NCBI GenBank assembly: GCA_963676455.1
Contig: OY781113.1
Location: 571,136 to 635,135 of the forward strand
From: an uncultured Draconibacterium sp.
Lineage (GTDB): Bacteria > Bacteroidota > Bacteroidia > Bacteroidales > Prolixibacteraceae
DNA length: 64,000 nucleotides
Direction: 5' to 3'
The translations under genes and the position numbers were made by a program. Position 1 is the stretch's first letter; each line of letters starts with the position of its first letter. The notes beneath the pieces are model-generated. The model was not told the DNA's origin, ran no database searches, and worked only from the letters and a program-made list of their open reading frames with translations. Positions 31,639 to 41,482 of this stretch are shown here, piece by piece.

Positions 31639-32811
31639 TCACTTTAGTATAACCCTTTTATTATGAATTTCGTAATTTTTAATAACTCCGAAATCTTTAA
31701 TGATTTCCAAAATTTCATCAATACTTTGTTCTTTACCTAACACACCACTAAAACCTACTGATTCCAAGTCCTTATTTTCAAAATCCACCTCCATATCATA
31801 CCATCTAGATAAAACTTGCATAATCTCTTTTAGGCTTTTCCTTTTAAAGCTGAATACGCCTTTTTTCCATGAAATTTGATCGTATACATCAACCATGGAT
31901 ATGTTTGCGTTTTTGGTAAAAATATTTAGGTTCAATTGTTCACCTGGTTTCAGAATTTTGTTTTGGTTTTCAAAACTGACAGCCACCTTGCCCTGTACCA
32001 GTGTAGTATATACATTAGTTTCTTCTTTGTAAGCCTTAATATTAAACTCAGTACCTAGAACCTGTACTTCCTGTTGGTCGTGAATCACCCTAAAGTCAGC
32101 CCCTTTGTGTTCGGTGCTGTGGGATACGTCAAAATAGGCTTCGCCATAGACTAATTCCACTTGACGGCTCTCCCCATCGGTAAAACTCACTGGGAATTTT
32201 AGCAGGCTTTCGGAGTTTAACCATACCTCAGTATCGTCGGACAGTTTGATGTGAAATTGACCGCCTTGTGGTACAGAAAGGTAGTTATAAACCAACTCTT
32301 GTGATGAACTATTTGCTGAATTGTTATATACAATTTCTTCACCGTTGCTGGTTGCGTTTTGGGTTTGGTAGGTTATACCTTTTACTAGAGCGACTGCTTC
32401 TCCATTGTTTAAGGTAAGGGTAGCCTTTTCTGTTCCTGGTTCGATTTCGTTGTTGACAATGATTGGAGTTGTATTATTAAATGAAGAGTCGGTTATATTG
32501 TCCTTAAAAAAATAGGTAGTGGCCAAAATGCCGACAACCATAGCAGCGGCAGCGTAATGCCAATATATATTGCGTACCGGAACTTCTATTCTAGATTTTA
32601 TTTTTTTCCAATCGGATTTTTTGTCGATTTGTTTTTTTATGTCTAAACGCTGTTTTATAAGAGATTCATCCGTTAGATTTGTAAGAATATGGGTTTTATT
32701 ATCTTCATTAAACAAGTCGGATTTGTTTAAATCTGTAGGTTGTTCATCCTTTAATAGCGCATTTGCTATTTGTTTGGATAGAATTATGATTTTATTAAAA
32801 ATAGGCAACAT
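31639..32811 (-). CDS. fecR: FecR-family anti-sigma factor
   Basis: TM segment (HYAAAAMVVGIL); GGQFHIKLSDDTEVWLNSES, GEAYFDV, VLGTEFNI and SWKKGVFSF motifs. Confidence 0.93.
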   Translation of the reverse strand: MLPIFNKIIILSKQIANALLKDEQPTDLNKSDLFNEDNKTHILTNLTDESLIKQRLDIKKQIDKKSDWKKIKSRIEVPVRNIYWHYAAAAMVVGILATTYFFKDNITDSSFNNTTPIIVNNEIEPGTEKATLTLNNGEAVALVKGITYQTQNATSNGEEIVYNNSANSSSQELVYNYLSVPQGGQFHIKLSDDTEVWLNSESLLKFPVSFTDGESRQVELVYGEAYFDVSHSTEHKGADFRVIHDQQEVQVLGTEFNIKAYKEETNVYTTLVQGKVAVSFENQNKILKPGEQLNLNIFTKNANISMVDVYDQISWKKGVFSFKRKSLKEIMQVLSRWYDMEVDFENKDLESVGFSGVLGKEQSIDEILEIIKDFGVIKNYEIHNKRVILK

Positions 32812-32957
32812 ATTATATCATTATTTGGAGTTATGACGACAAAATGTTGCACTAGGGTTAAAATATTTGAAAAATTGTTATTTTTTTTGAATTCACAGGA
32901 TATTGAAAGTGTTATGAAACGATTTCAAAAAGAATTAACGTGCGTTCAATTTTGTTC

Positions 32958-33500
32958 TTAATTAACAGATACAAATATAAAAGCAATAAGGATGAAGTAG
33001 TCTTTTAATAAAGGTTTGAGGCGTTTGTAGGCTATTTTTTTTTGTGCCTTAACTGTATTAATTGAAATGTTCATTTCTTTGGCAATTTCTTCATTTGAAA
33101 AACTTTTGATACTCAAACGAATGATTTGGGCACATCGGTTAGGCAATTTGCTAATGGCCTCTTCGATAATCTTTGAGGTCTCAATAATTACCACTTCACG
33201 CAAAAAAAAAGGTTCGGTTTCGAGTTGTTCCATTTCACCAACTGATAAACGATCGGTTGTTTTAAAATGTTTGCTTTTAAGGTAATCCAAGCATTTGTTT
33301 TTTACCGAAGTGTATAAATACGATTTAATGTTGTTTTCATCACGAAATTCAGTTTTATCTTCCCAAATTTTTACAAAGACATCCTGAACAATATCTTTAG
33401 AGACCTCTAAATTTTCGATGTACTTATTGGCAAAAAGGCATAGCGATACATAAAGTTTATTAAAAAGACTTTTGTATTCTTTTAAATCCAACTTATACAT
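32958..33500 (-). CDS. ECF RNA polymerase sigma-70 factor (Bacteroides expansion type)
   Basis: DIVQDVFVKIW, SYLYTSVKNKCLD, LPNRCAQI and ISINTVKAQ motifs. The likely start is ATG at 33500 rather than 33605. Confidence 0.92.
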   Translation of the reverse strand: MYKLDLKEYKSLFNKLYVSLCLFANKYIENLEVSKDIVQDVFVKIWEDKTEFRDENNIKSYLYTSVKNKCLDYLKSKHFKTTDRLSVGEMEQLETEPFFLREVVIIETSKIIEEAISKLPNRCAQIIRLSIKSFSNEEIAKEMNISINTVKAQKKIAYKRLKPLLKDYFILIAFIFVSVN

Positions 33501-33741
33501 ATATGCACTTGCAAAATTTATTAAACCCTTCCAAATCCAAATAAAAGAAACCAAATATAATGAAAAGATTAAGTTTACTGAACGCTTTCCCTGTTTCCGG
33601 TCCAATCAAAAATGTAGTTTTAACAAAAGCTTAGTTTTAAGACAGTACTTTTGAGATCAAAATATCATTCATCTTGTGCAACATCAGTCCGTTCGGAGTA
33701 CTAAAAAAGAGCGAGAGTTACGTTTGGCAAAGTTTGTTATT

Positions 33742-35204
33742 TAGTTAAACCTTAAAAAGTCTACTATTTTTTGGAACCTTATCTTTGAAAAAAAGCAATT
33801 TCCCAAGACTTAAGATTTGAATAAGGTCAAAAAGAATTTGCTCTTTAATTCTATTGAGCATTTTCTTCAGGTTGTAACCTGTTCCGGCCAATATTGTATT
33901 TAATTGGTCACCAATTACACCTTTCAAATAATTTCTTAACATTCTGTGATCGTATTTGATATGACTAATCACTGGTTCTATTCCTGCCCTTGCCCTAAAT
34001 TGTTTCCTTGCTTTCTGTTTTTGGTATTGTGTGGTTTCATTTTTAGGGACCGATGGTGATATGATTTCTGTTCCATTAATTTTCTTTTTCCCTTTATAGC
34101 CCCTATCAACAATTCCTGTTTTTGGTTTGCTTTCTGTTAAATATTCTGTTTGGGTAAAATGTTCTTCAAGTGTATGACCATCGTAGGGGTTGCCTTCAAA
34201 AGCAATAGCACCCACTACAATCTTAGTGGTTTTAGTTAATACAATCCCCGATTTATTCCCAAACTCAAACTTCTTGGCTTCTTTTCCCTTCGCAATACAA
34301 CTAACCTCTGGTTCGTGAATGCTGTAAATCTTATTTTTATCTGTCTTTTCCTGAAGTAAAATCTTATTGAGAATGATGAACAACTCCTTATATTTTTGTT
34401 GCTGTACAGGTGTAAACTTTCTTTCAATATCCCTGACCTGGCGGCCTGCTATGGTTTTGATTTTGCGCATGGCTGCTTTGGCTTGCTTTTTCCTTCTGGG
34501 ATGACTGTGAAAACGCTGGTCTATCATTAACTGCTTTAAAGTCCTTGTATAAGTTTGGCGCAATGTTATCCCTTCCTGTTTGGCTATCTTGTTTACTTTC
34601 CCGATAATACGTTTATGCAGTTTCGCATCGGTCGGGTAGGTAATGTTCTTCTCCTGCACGGTACTGTCAATCAACACCTCTTTTTCTTGAGCCTCTTTTC
34701 CAAATAGTTGTATCGATACTTTCAATAGTTTTTCCGCACCTTCTTTGCCTATCCGGTTCCTAAAATGTATAAATTCTGTCGGGTCGAAGGGCTTTTGGGT
34801 TTGAAAAACTTTCTCGCCGCTAAAGTATTGCCAGTACGGGTTTTCAATCCACCTGTCAACCATGGCCTCGTCACTTAAATTATAGATGTGCTTTAGCAAT
34901 AGCAGTCCAACCATCCTGCGGATAGGAACTGAAGGACGGCCCGTTTCCGAATAATAAACAGAAAACTCTTCCTCAATTGAATCCCAATCTATTTGATGAG
35001 ATAAAATACAAAGTTCATGTTCTAAATTAATGAACCTCTTCAGAGGTGTGTCAAAAATACTCAACTGTGGTGCTTTGTCTTGTTTCCCAACCATATCTGC
35101 AAGCTTTTTCACTAATTTACCTATTTGCTTGCATTTTTAGAAACCAAATAAAAATTGTTATGAATTGATTATCAGCAACCTATTGTGTTTTTAAGGTTTG
35201 ACTA
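33742..35204 (-). mobile_element. IS5-family element, copy 2 (complete, 1463 bp)
   Basis: 17-bp terminal IRs TAGT(T/C)AAACCTTAAAAA at 33742-33758 and 35188-35204 (one mismatch). The terminal TA may be a target duplication. Confidence 0.92.
33745..35112 (-). CDS. IS5-family DDE transposase
   Basis: Protein identical to 10401-11774 except for the last residues; the stop codon lies in the right IR. Confidence 0.95.
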   Translation of the reverse strand: MKKLADMVGKQDKAPQLSIFDTPLKRFINLEHELCILSHQIDWDSIEEEFSVYYSETGRPSVPIRRMVGLLLLKHIYNLSDEAMVDRWIENPYWQYFSGEKVFQTQKPFDPTEFIHFRNRIGKEGAEKLLKVSIQLFGKEAQEKEVLIDSTVQEKNITYPTDAKLHKRIIGKVNKIAKQEGITLRQTYTRTLKQLMIDQRFHSHPRRKKQAKAAMRKIKTIAGRQVRDIERKFTPVQQQKYKELFIILNKILLQEKTDKNKIYSIHEPEVSCIAKGKEAKKFEFGNKSGIVLTKTTKIVVGAIAFEGNPYDGHTLEEHFTQTEYLTESKPKTGIVDRGYKGKKKINGTEIISPSVPKNETTQYQKQKARKQFRARAGIEPVISHIKYDHRMLRNYLKGVIGDQLNTILAGTGYNLKKMLNRIKEQILFDLIQILSLGKLLFFKDKVPKNSRLFKV

Positions 35205-35825
35205 ATTAGATTTTATTTAAGAAAACTACTGAACCTAATATTATAGGCTTTACATACCTTTTCAAAGGTAGTCATCCTCTTTTAAAGAAACTTAGGCATT
35301 GCCCCAGACAAATGCTGTCATATCGAGAACAAATGGTACAATTAAAATTATCAATGAATCAAGGGGGGAGCTACATATTAATGAGATGTCTCAAAAAAAT
35401 GTTACCATAAATGAAAATAGGAATATGAAAATAAATTGTAACCCTTAAAAGATAATATTGACCAAGTGAACCTAAGTAGCTCAATTCTGAACTTTTTACT
35501 AGAAAATAATGATACTGTGATGAAATTTATGAATACTGATCAGGAGAATAAAACACTAAAATTGTAATGAAGAAACACCGTTAGAAATTTACTTCCTTAC
35601 ACAAAGTAGTCACAAATAACAACTTATAGGAATTAGTATTCTTTAAACGATATAGCCACTAGTAAATAAGATAAAAAAGTCTTATATTACATATGTGATT
35701 GAATTTTGGTTTCAGTTGTTTGTAAATTACACTAATTAGCACGAACTTTTATCTCTCATTTGCAGCTACTAGTGGTGATTGAGATTGTGTTAAATAAAAA
35801 ACAATATTCGTAAATTTCCTCTTTC

Positions 35826-36715
35826 ATGAAGAAAAAAATCAAATTTTTGCTGCTCTTATCCTTAATGCACGTCCAATGTTTTCCTCAGTCAATCAAGTTT
35901 TTGGAATTTAACAATCTGCCTCTTTTTGACTCCGAAATAGAAATTTCAAGCATTTGCTATCAAGATGATTTATTTTACTTACCGGCAGAAAGACGTGATT
36001 CAATATTTGTAGTAAAAATTGAAGGTGACACCATAAAGCTAAATACAACTATTCAAATAAAAGGATTAGACAGCAAGGCGGAAATTGAAGCTTCTTTTAT
36101 AAACGCAGGCACAATCTTTCTGGTAGATGAGTATAACGCTAAAATCTATGCTGGTGATTTAAGTTCAGGAGAAGCAAAGTCGGTTGCTGTCAAAGGGCTT
36201 GAAATGGAAGATTTTAATTGTAGTAAAGATCAAAAAGGGAATGATTTTGGTTTTGAAGGAGTTACATGCAATCCCGACAAAAAACTGGTATATCTGTTAA
36301 GAGAGAAAAAACAAAAAAAAATACGAGTGATCTATTTATCTTCAAATTAAATAATTCAAACGATGTCAATAGTTTACAGTGTTTAGATACGATCTCTTTA
36401 GGGCGAACATATAATTACCGATTTAGTGATCTTTATTATAAAGAAGATTCAATGTTTGTTTTATATACATCAGAAATATTACAGAGATATTGGATTATTG
36501 AATATAAAATTACAAACGAAAATGGAACTACTGAATTAAAAAGGATAAGCAAAAGAGAAATAACCGACGAAATAATTAAAAATAGTAGTCAGGAAGGTTA
36601 TAGTACGAATCATGAGGGAATCACAATTAAAGGGAATAATATATATATGGTGAGTGATAATGGGGGATTTCCCAGCCAGAAGACAGCTTTTATTGAAGTA
36701 CCGCTTAAACAATAA
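35826..36715 (+). pseudogene. Secreted beta-propeller-like protein (SdiA-regulated/esterase-like), frameshifted at an A9 tract
   Basis: ORFs 35826-36350 and 36266-36715 overlap at A9 (36313-36321); A10 or A7 fuses them. Contains a signal peptide, GFEGVT and NHEGITI..YMVSDN motifs. Confidence 0.6.
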
Positions 36716-36759
36716 GTTTATATCTCTTTTGAGAACGTTATAAAGTATTTGATTCAAAT

Positions 36760-37878
36760 ATGAATAATTATACAGATATGCTTCAACAAATAATACAATT
36801 AGTAACTGTACTATTCCTTCTAAGTATGGTGTGTGAAAGAATTGCTGATTTCTTAAAATATTATTTGTCAAATAAGCAATTTTTGTGGATACCTAAAGAA
36901 TTTTTCAAGATTGGTGACACCCAGACCAAATATCCCAAAGATGAATTAAAAGAAAAGGCCAGGGCATTTAGAATATTGAAGATTAATGTTGGAAGTGGAA
37001 TTTTACTTGCAACAATACTAAAAGCAGATTTAATAAAAATATTCAACCATATTGAAAATCCAGGAGAAACGATCGGATGGAACAACTTGTGTTCGTCATA
37101 TGAAGGAATAGAGTACGGGGTACTCCCTTTTGGCATCATTTTAACTGGTTTGTTTATCAGTTTTGGGTCCAAATTTTGGCATGACCTCCTTGATTTACTC
37201 TATCAGATTAAGAATACCAAACGAGTACTCACTAACCCGGAAACCTATAGCGTTGATAATGTAAAATCATTGCAGAAGCTATTTGATACCTATCAGTCTG
37301 ATTTCATTAAAGCAGCATATTTGGATGCTAAAACCAAATTTATGGCCATTGATTCGGTTAAGGCAATCGGAATTAAACGCAATGATATTGGGTATTACTT
37401 TGAAATAAACATCAGTCAAAACGTGCCGGAAATCGAGCAGTCTTACCCATATATCATGGATGATGGTACACTTAAAAATATACCAATTAAAGTTGTTGTT
37501 TTAGATGACGGTGATGAAATTTTAGCACTCGGTGTTGATCTTTCAGCAAAGATATTTACTATTAATCGGGAGGAGTATGGAACTTTAGGAGTACTTGTCA
37601 AACGTAAAAACGATGAATCTAATACAAAGTATCTGCTCACTTGCTGTCATAATGTGGTACAACCGATTGAAAATATTCCGGTTGGTAATAGAAAAAGCAT
37701 AATCACTGCAACACTAGATGGTCGTGAACAGAAAACTATTGGCACTGTGTATACTGCTGTTAGAGATCACGAAATTGATGCGGCTCTAATTCAGATTGAA
37801 GATTCTAACCTAATTGAAAATTTTGTGCCTAATATGGGATCTGTTAATAAAACTCGAAGATGTTCAACAGGATGCTAA
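36760..37878 (+). pseudogene. Membrane-anchored trypsin-like serine protease, C-terminally truncated
   Basis: N-terminal TM motif GIILTGLFISFGSKFWHDLL; GTLGVLV..LLTCCHNVV (His) and DAALIQI (Asp). The GxSG catalytic-Ser motif is absent because the sequence switches to recombinase DNA near 37855. Confidence 0.6.
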
Positions 37879-39345
37879 CTTTCGTAAAACGTTCAAAAAA
37901 CGTCAACTATGTAATTGTCTATTCGTATGAACGCTTCTCCCGTTCCGGGATCAATGGTGCTTCTATTGCAGATGATCTATTAAAAAAATATGGTGTTATC
38001 ACGCTGGCAACCACGCAGGAACTTGATCCAACAACTCCTTCCGGTTCTTTTCAGCAAAAAATATTGTTCCTATTTGGCCAGATGGACAATGAGCTAAGAC
38101 GGGATAAGGTGGTAACCGGAATGAAAGAATTGCTATTGAAAGGCTATTGGCTATGGGTTCCCCCCCCGTGGATATAGAGATTTAAATAGAGGAAAAGCAA
38201 CAGAACGTAAACTTGTGATCAATGAAGAAGGAAAAATGCTCAAAAAGGCTGTTGAATGGAAAGCATATAAACGTTTGTCTAATGCGGAGATTACAAGACG
38301 TTTAAATAAAATGGGAGTGGATATAACTGAGAAACGGTTAAACAACTTGTTTTTAAACCCATTTTATTGTGGACTTATTACCAGCAAATTAATTCCGGGA
38401 CAAATAATTGAGGGAAAACATGAGCCGTTGATTTCAAGGGATTTGTTTTTGGCAGTTCATAATATCAGGCAAGAAAAGAGAAGCCAGGGATTTGTTCATG
38501 AAAGATTTAACGACAACTTGCCTTTAAAAGTATTTGTGAAGTGTGACAAATGTGGAACTCCTTTAACAGGCTATTTGGTGAAAAAGAAAGGTCTTTATTA
38601 CTATAAATGCAATACAAAAGGGTGTAAAATAAACCGCAGTGCTAAAGCAATGCATGAAATGTTTAAAGCAGTATTGAAGGCCTTTAAAATAGAGAAAGAG
38701 GAGTTTGAGATTGTAAAACTACAATTGGAAGAGCAGATGGCGGTCTTTTTTAAATCCCAGATTGAAGAATCAAAATCATTGAAAAACAAGCTGACGGGGA
38801 TAAAAAGGAAACTGGAAACGATTGAAGAGCGTTTTGTGATCGGGGAAATTGATCGCAGTCTTTATGAAAAATTTAAGCCGAAATACGAAAAAGAATGTTT
38901 CGAAATTGAACAGGAACTTAGTAAAACAGGGGGATATAGATCGAACCTTGCAAAGGTGGTGAATTTTGCCACAAAAGTATGCCTTAATCCACTGATAATG
39001 TGAGACAAATCAGATGTGGACGGCAAAAGGATATTTCAAAATCTGCTATTTCCTGAAGGAATTATCTATAACCGGGAATCGGACAGTTATCGAACCACGA
39101 GAATAAATGCTTTCTTTTCCCCAATCCCTGAATTGGCAAGGGCTTTGAAAGGGCAAAAAAAAAGGGATTCTATCAAAAATGATAAAATCCCCCATTTGGT
39201 GAACCCAAGCGGAAAAATGTCGAACTTTTTAGCTGACGATTTTGATGCTGTTTTAAAGTTTGTAAGATTAGAGAAACAGAAGAGAAGTTTAGCTATGCCT
39301 GAGAATAATGTGTTGCTAATTAAAAATTTAATGAACAAATTCTAA
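37860..39345 (+). pseudogene. Large serine recombinase remnant (5'-truncated, C8 frameshift, internal TGA)
   Basis: VIVYSYERFSRSG resolvase motif, FLNPFYCG..GKHEPLIS recombinase domain, CDKCG zinc ribbon and coiled coil. Frameshift at C8 38160-38167 (C7 gives PPRGY); in-frame TGA at 39001-39003. Confidence 0.85.
39197..39225 (-). other. tRNA-3'-end-like relic (possible att-site remnant) no. 1
   Basis: TGGTGAACCC-N-TCGAAC; its reverse complement ends ...GGGTTCACCA. Same 21-nt motif spacing as the copy at 54164. Confidence 0.35.
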
Positions 39346-39352
39346 AGAAAAA

Positions 39353-39445
39353 TGAACTACCCCGCTGCAAGCAGACGGGGTATCACTGAGGAATGAGTCT
39401 TTAACTCGCAGCAAGCTGCGGGGAACTAACCCCAAAGTGATTAGA
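39353..39445. repeat. Short double-palindrome element (REP/PATE-like, IS200/IS605-end-like)
   Basis: AACTACCCCGCTGCAAGCAGACGGGGTATC and CGCAGCAAGCTGCGGGGAACTAACCCC; two GC-rich hairpins with AAG-type loops in AT-rich DNA. Confidence 0.6.
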
Positions 39446-39626
39446 ATATTGCAACATTCCATAAAATTCCGGTCAAAATACTTTGTTGTTCGACGTGAAG
39501 TTTTTTTATAATCTTCATTGAAATAAAAAATATGATAAATGTAAAAATGAGTTTATGCGTTTCCTCCAGATCAACTATTTTTTAGTACTTTCAGCACGAT
39601 TTATTATCTGATATGGTTTTTAGTTT

Positions 39627-41318
39627 ATGATGTTTAGGGATAGCAAAATTATCTTTTATGTTGCCTTACTTCCTATTATTTTTTCTGTTGATTTAGTAGC
39701 AGCAATTGATGACGGCAATAGCAAGTTGCCGGATTTAGTAACTGAAATAAAGTATTATAGCAGCAATAAAGACTTATCAATCGATTCTGTAATAAATCTT
39801 TCTGACAGTTCATTCATAAAATTAGAGCATTATACCATACAGCCAAACGAAATATTCTGGCTCAAAGTAGCACTGGATAACCGGTTTGCTATGTCTGACG
39901 AATATTTTATTCATTTCTACGGACATTTAGACGAAGTTTATCTTTACCAGAAAAGCACCAACGGAAAATGGACGGTACAGCAGTCGGGGATTCTGGTTCC
40001 TGAAAAATTAAAAACCGTAAAAGGATATATCAAGGACAAAATTCCTTTCGGGATTACCGGTGACAACCAAACCATTCTGTATCTGAGAATAAAAAATGAG
40101 ATTGTTAAAGAACTCGACATATCCAGGATTCAGATTATCGATTCAGAATCGTTTGGCCGCACGATTTCCCAAACCAAACAAATTCAAAGCTTTTTTTTAG
40201 GAATTGTTAGCATCCTGTGTTTTTTTAATCTTCTGCTGTACCTTTTTACCGGAACCAGGATATACCTGTATTACATGCTACATGCCATTTTTTCAAGTAT
40301 TTATTTTATTTATGCCTTTCAATATGTCGAAACGGGTTATTTTGCCAATCATCCGGAAGTAAACTTATACTTTTTCTTTTCGGCCGCTTTTATTCCCGTG
40401 GTTTACAGTTGGTTTCTGTACGAATCGTTAAAGACTGATGTAAAAAGCAACGTATTAAGCATTGTTAGAAAATATGCTATTACAGTATCGGCTTTTGCCC
40501 TGCTTATTCCCGTAATCGCGCTTTTCGATTTTACTACGGCGGTGTTGGTCGATGATATTTATTCTATCGTAAATTCAATAATTATTGTTTTAATTGTAGT
40601 TCTGCTGTTCCGGAAAGTATCGAATACCGTAAAAATTATTTTAAGTGGTTCCCTGTTTCTGGTGGTTGGGGTATTTTTAACAGTGGTACTGAACTTCCGG
40701 AATGAACTTCCGGTTCATGTATATTTTTTCCAGGGTGGCTTTTTTATCGAACTCATATTCTTTACGGTAGCCATTAATTTTATGCAGCAAAACGAGCGTT
40801 TGGCAAAAATTAAAGCGGAATTAAAAAATACGCGACTGGTAAATGCAAAACTACGGGAAGAAAGAAAAGCACAGCAATTGCGTGAACAGGTTCAGCTTAA
40901 AGAACGCGACCTGGCTACCAAGGCAGCGGTGATCTCTCAAAAGGAAACATTGATAAAAAGTGTAACCTCGCAACTGGAAAAACAAGTTCAAAACAACTCG
41001 CTAAAAATAAAGGACATTAAAGATGTTGTTTCAAATCTGCATTCAAAAATTGGCAGTAATTTCTGGGATGAATTTGAAACACATTTTATACAGGTTCATC
41101 CTGATTTTTATAAATCACTGAATAAAAAGTACCCCACGTTAACCATAAACGAACGCCGACTTTGTGCGTTTATTAAATTAAACTTAACCACCAAGGAAAT
41201 TGCAAACATAACAAAACGAAATCCCGAAAGTATTCACATGACAAGGAGCCGGCTTCGCAAAAAAATGGGTCTGAATAAACACGACAACCTCGAAACCATC
41301 ATTTCCACAATCAGTTAG
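39627..41318 (+). CDS. One-component regulator: 7TM-DISM extracellular domain + 7TM + LuxR-like HTH
   Basis: Periplasmic FWLKV..HLDEVYLY domain; seven hydrophobic segments beginning FFLGIVSILCFFNLLLY; C-terminal FETHFIQVHPDF..LTINERRLCAFIKLNLTTKEIA..RSRLRKKMGL. Confidence 0.85.
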   Translation: MMFRDSKIIFYVALLPIIFSVDLVAAIDDGNSKLPDLVTEIKYYSSNKDLSIDSVINLSDSSFIKLEHYTIQPNEIFWLKVALDNRFAMSDEYFIHFYGHLDEVYLYQKSTNGKWTVQQSGILVPEKLKTVKGYIKDKIPFGITGDNQTILYLRIKNEIVKELDISRIQIIDSESFGRTISQTKQIQSFFLGIVSILCFFNLLLYLFTGTRIYLYYMLHAIFSSIYFIYAFQYVETGYFANHPEVNLYFFFSAAFIPVVYSWFLYESLKTDVKSNVLSIVRKYAITVSAFALLIPVIALFDFTTAVLVDDIYSIVNSIIIVLIVVLLFRKVSNTVKIILSGSLFLVVGVFLTVVLNFRNELPVHVYFFQGGFFIELIFFTVAINFMQQNERLAKIKAELKNTRLVNAKLREERKAQQLREQVQLKERDLATKAAVISQKETLIKSVTSQLEKQVQNNSLKIKDIKDVVSNLHSKIGSNFWDEFETHFIQVHPDFYKSLNKKYPTLTINERRLCAFIKLNLTTKEIANITKRNPESIHMTRSRLRKKMGLNKHDNLETIISTIS

Positions 41319-41335
41319 AACTAACATTTCCCTCA

Positions 41336-41451
41336 TTGTACTTGGTTGTACTTTCATCTCCAATCCCTTGATTTTTCTGCGTCTTTTTCTAATTGTATAG
41401 ACTTTGTTAGGTGTTTTTTTATTCGCAATAACCTAACCGGTGATACTTTTG
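41336..41451 (+). promoter_or_regulatory. Candidate promoter/operator of the T9SS-cargo operon
   Basis: TTGTACTT direct repeat (41336-41343, 41346-41353), a second TTGT pair (41393, 41404) and a TACTTTTG -7 element at 41444-41451. Confidence 0.5.
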
Positions 41452-41482
41452 TAGCCAGTACCAAAAACAATTAACGTGTTAA

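Noticed and set aside
33501-33605. N-terminal extension of the ECF sigma factor in the ORF track
   Set aside because: The hydrophobic, non-sigma-like extension overlaps a possible TATATTTG -7 box (33552-33559, minus strand); ATG 33500 gives a typical length.
10307-35206. TA at both outer ends as proof of composite transposition
   Set aside because: TA is also present at the inner end of copy 2, so it cannot distinguish a composite jump from independent insertions.
35205-35825. 620-bp AT-rich gap as a hidden RNA or gene
   Set aside because: No convincing hairpins, repeats or ORF motifs were seen by eye; it may be decayed coding DNA.
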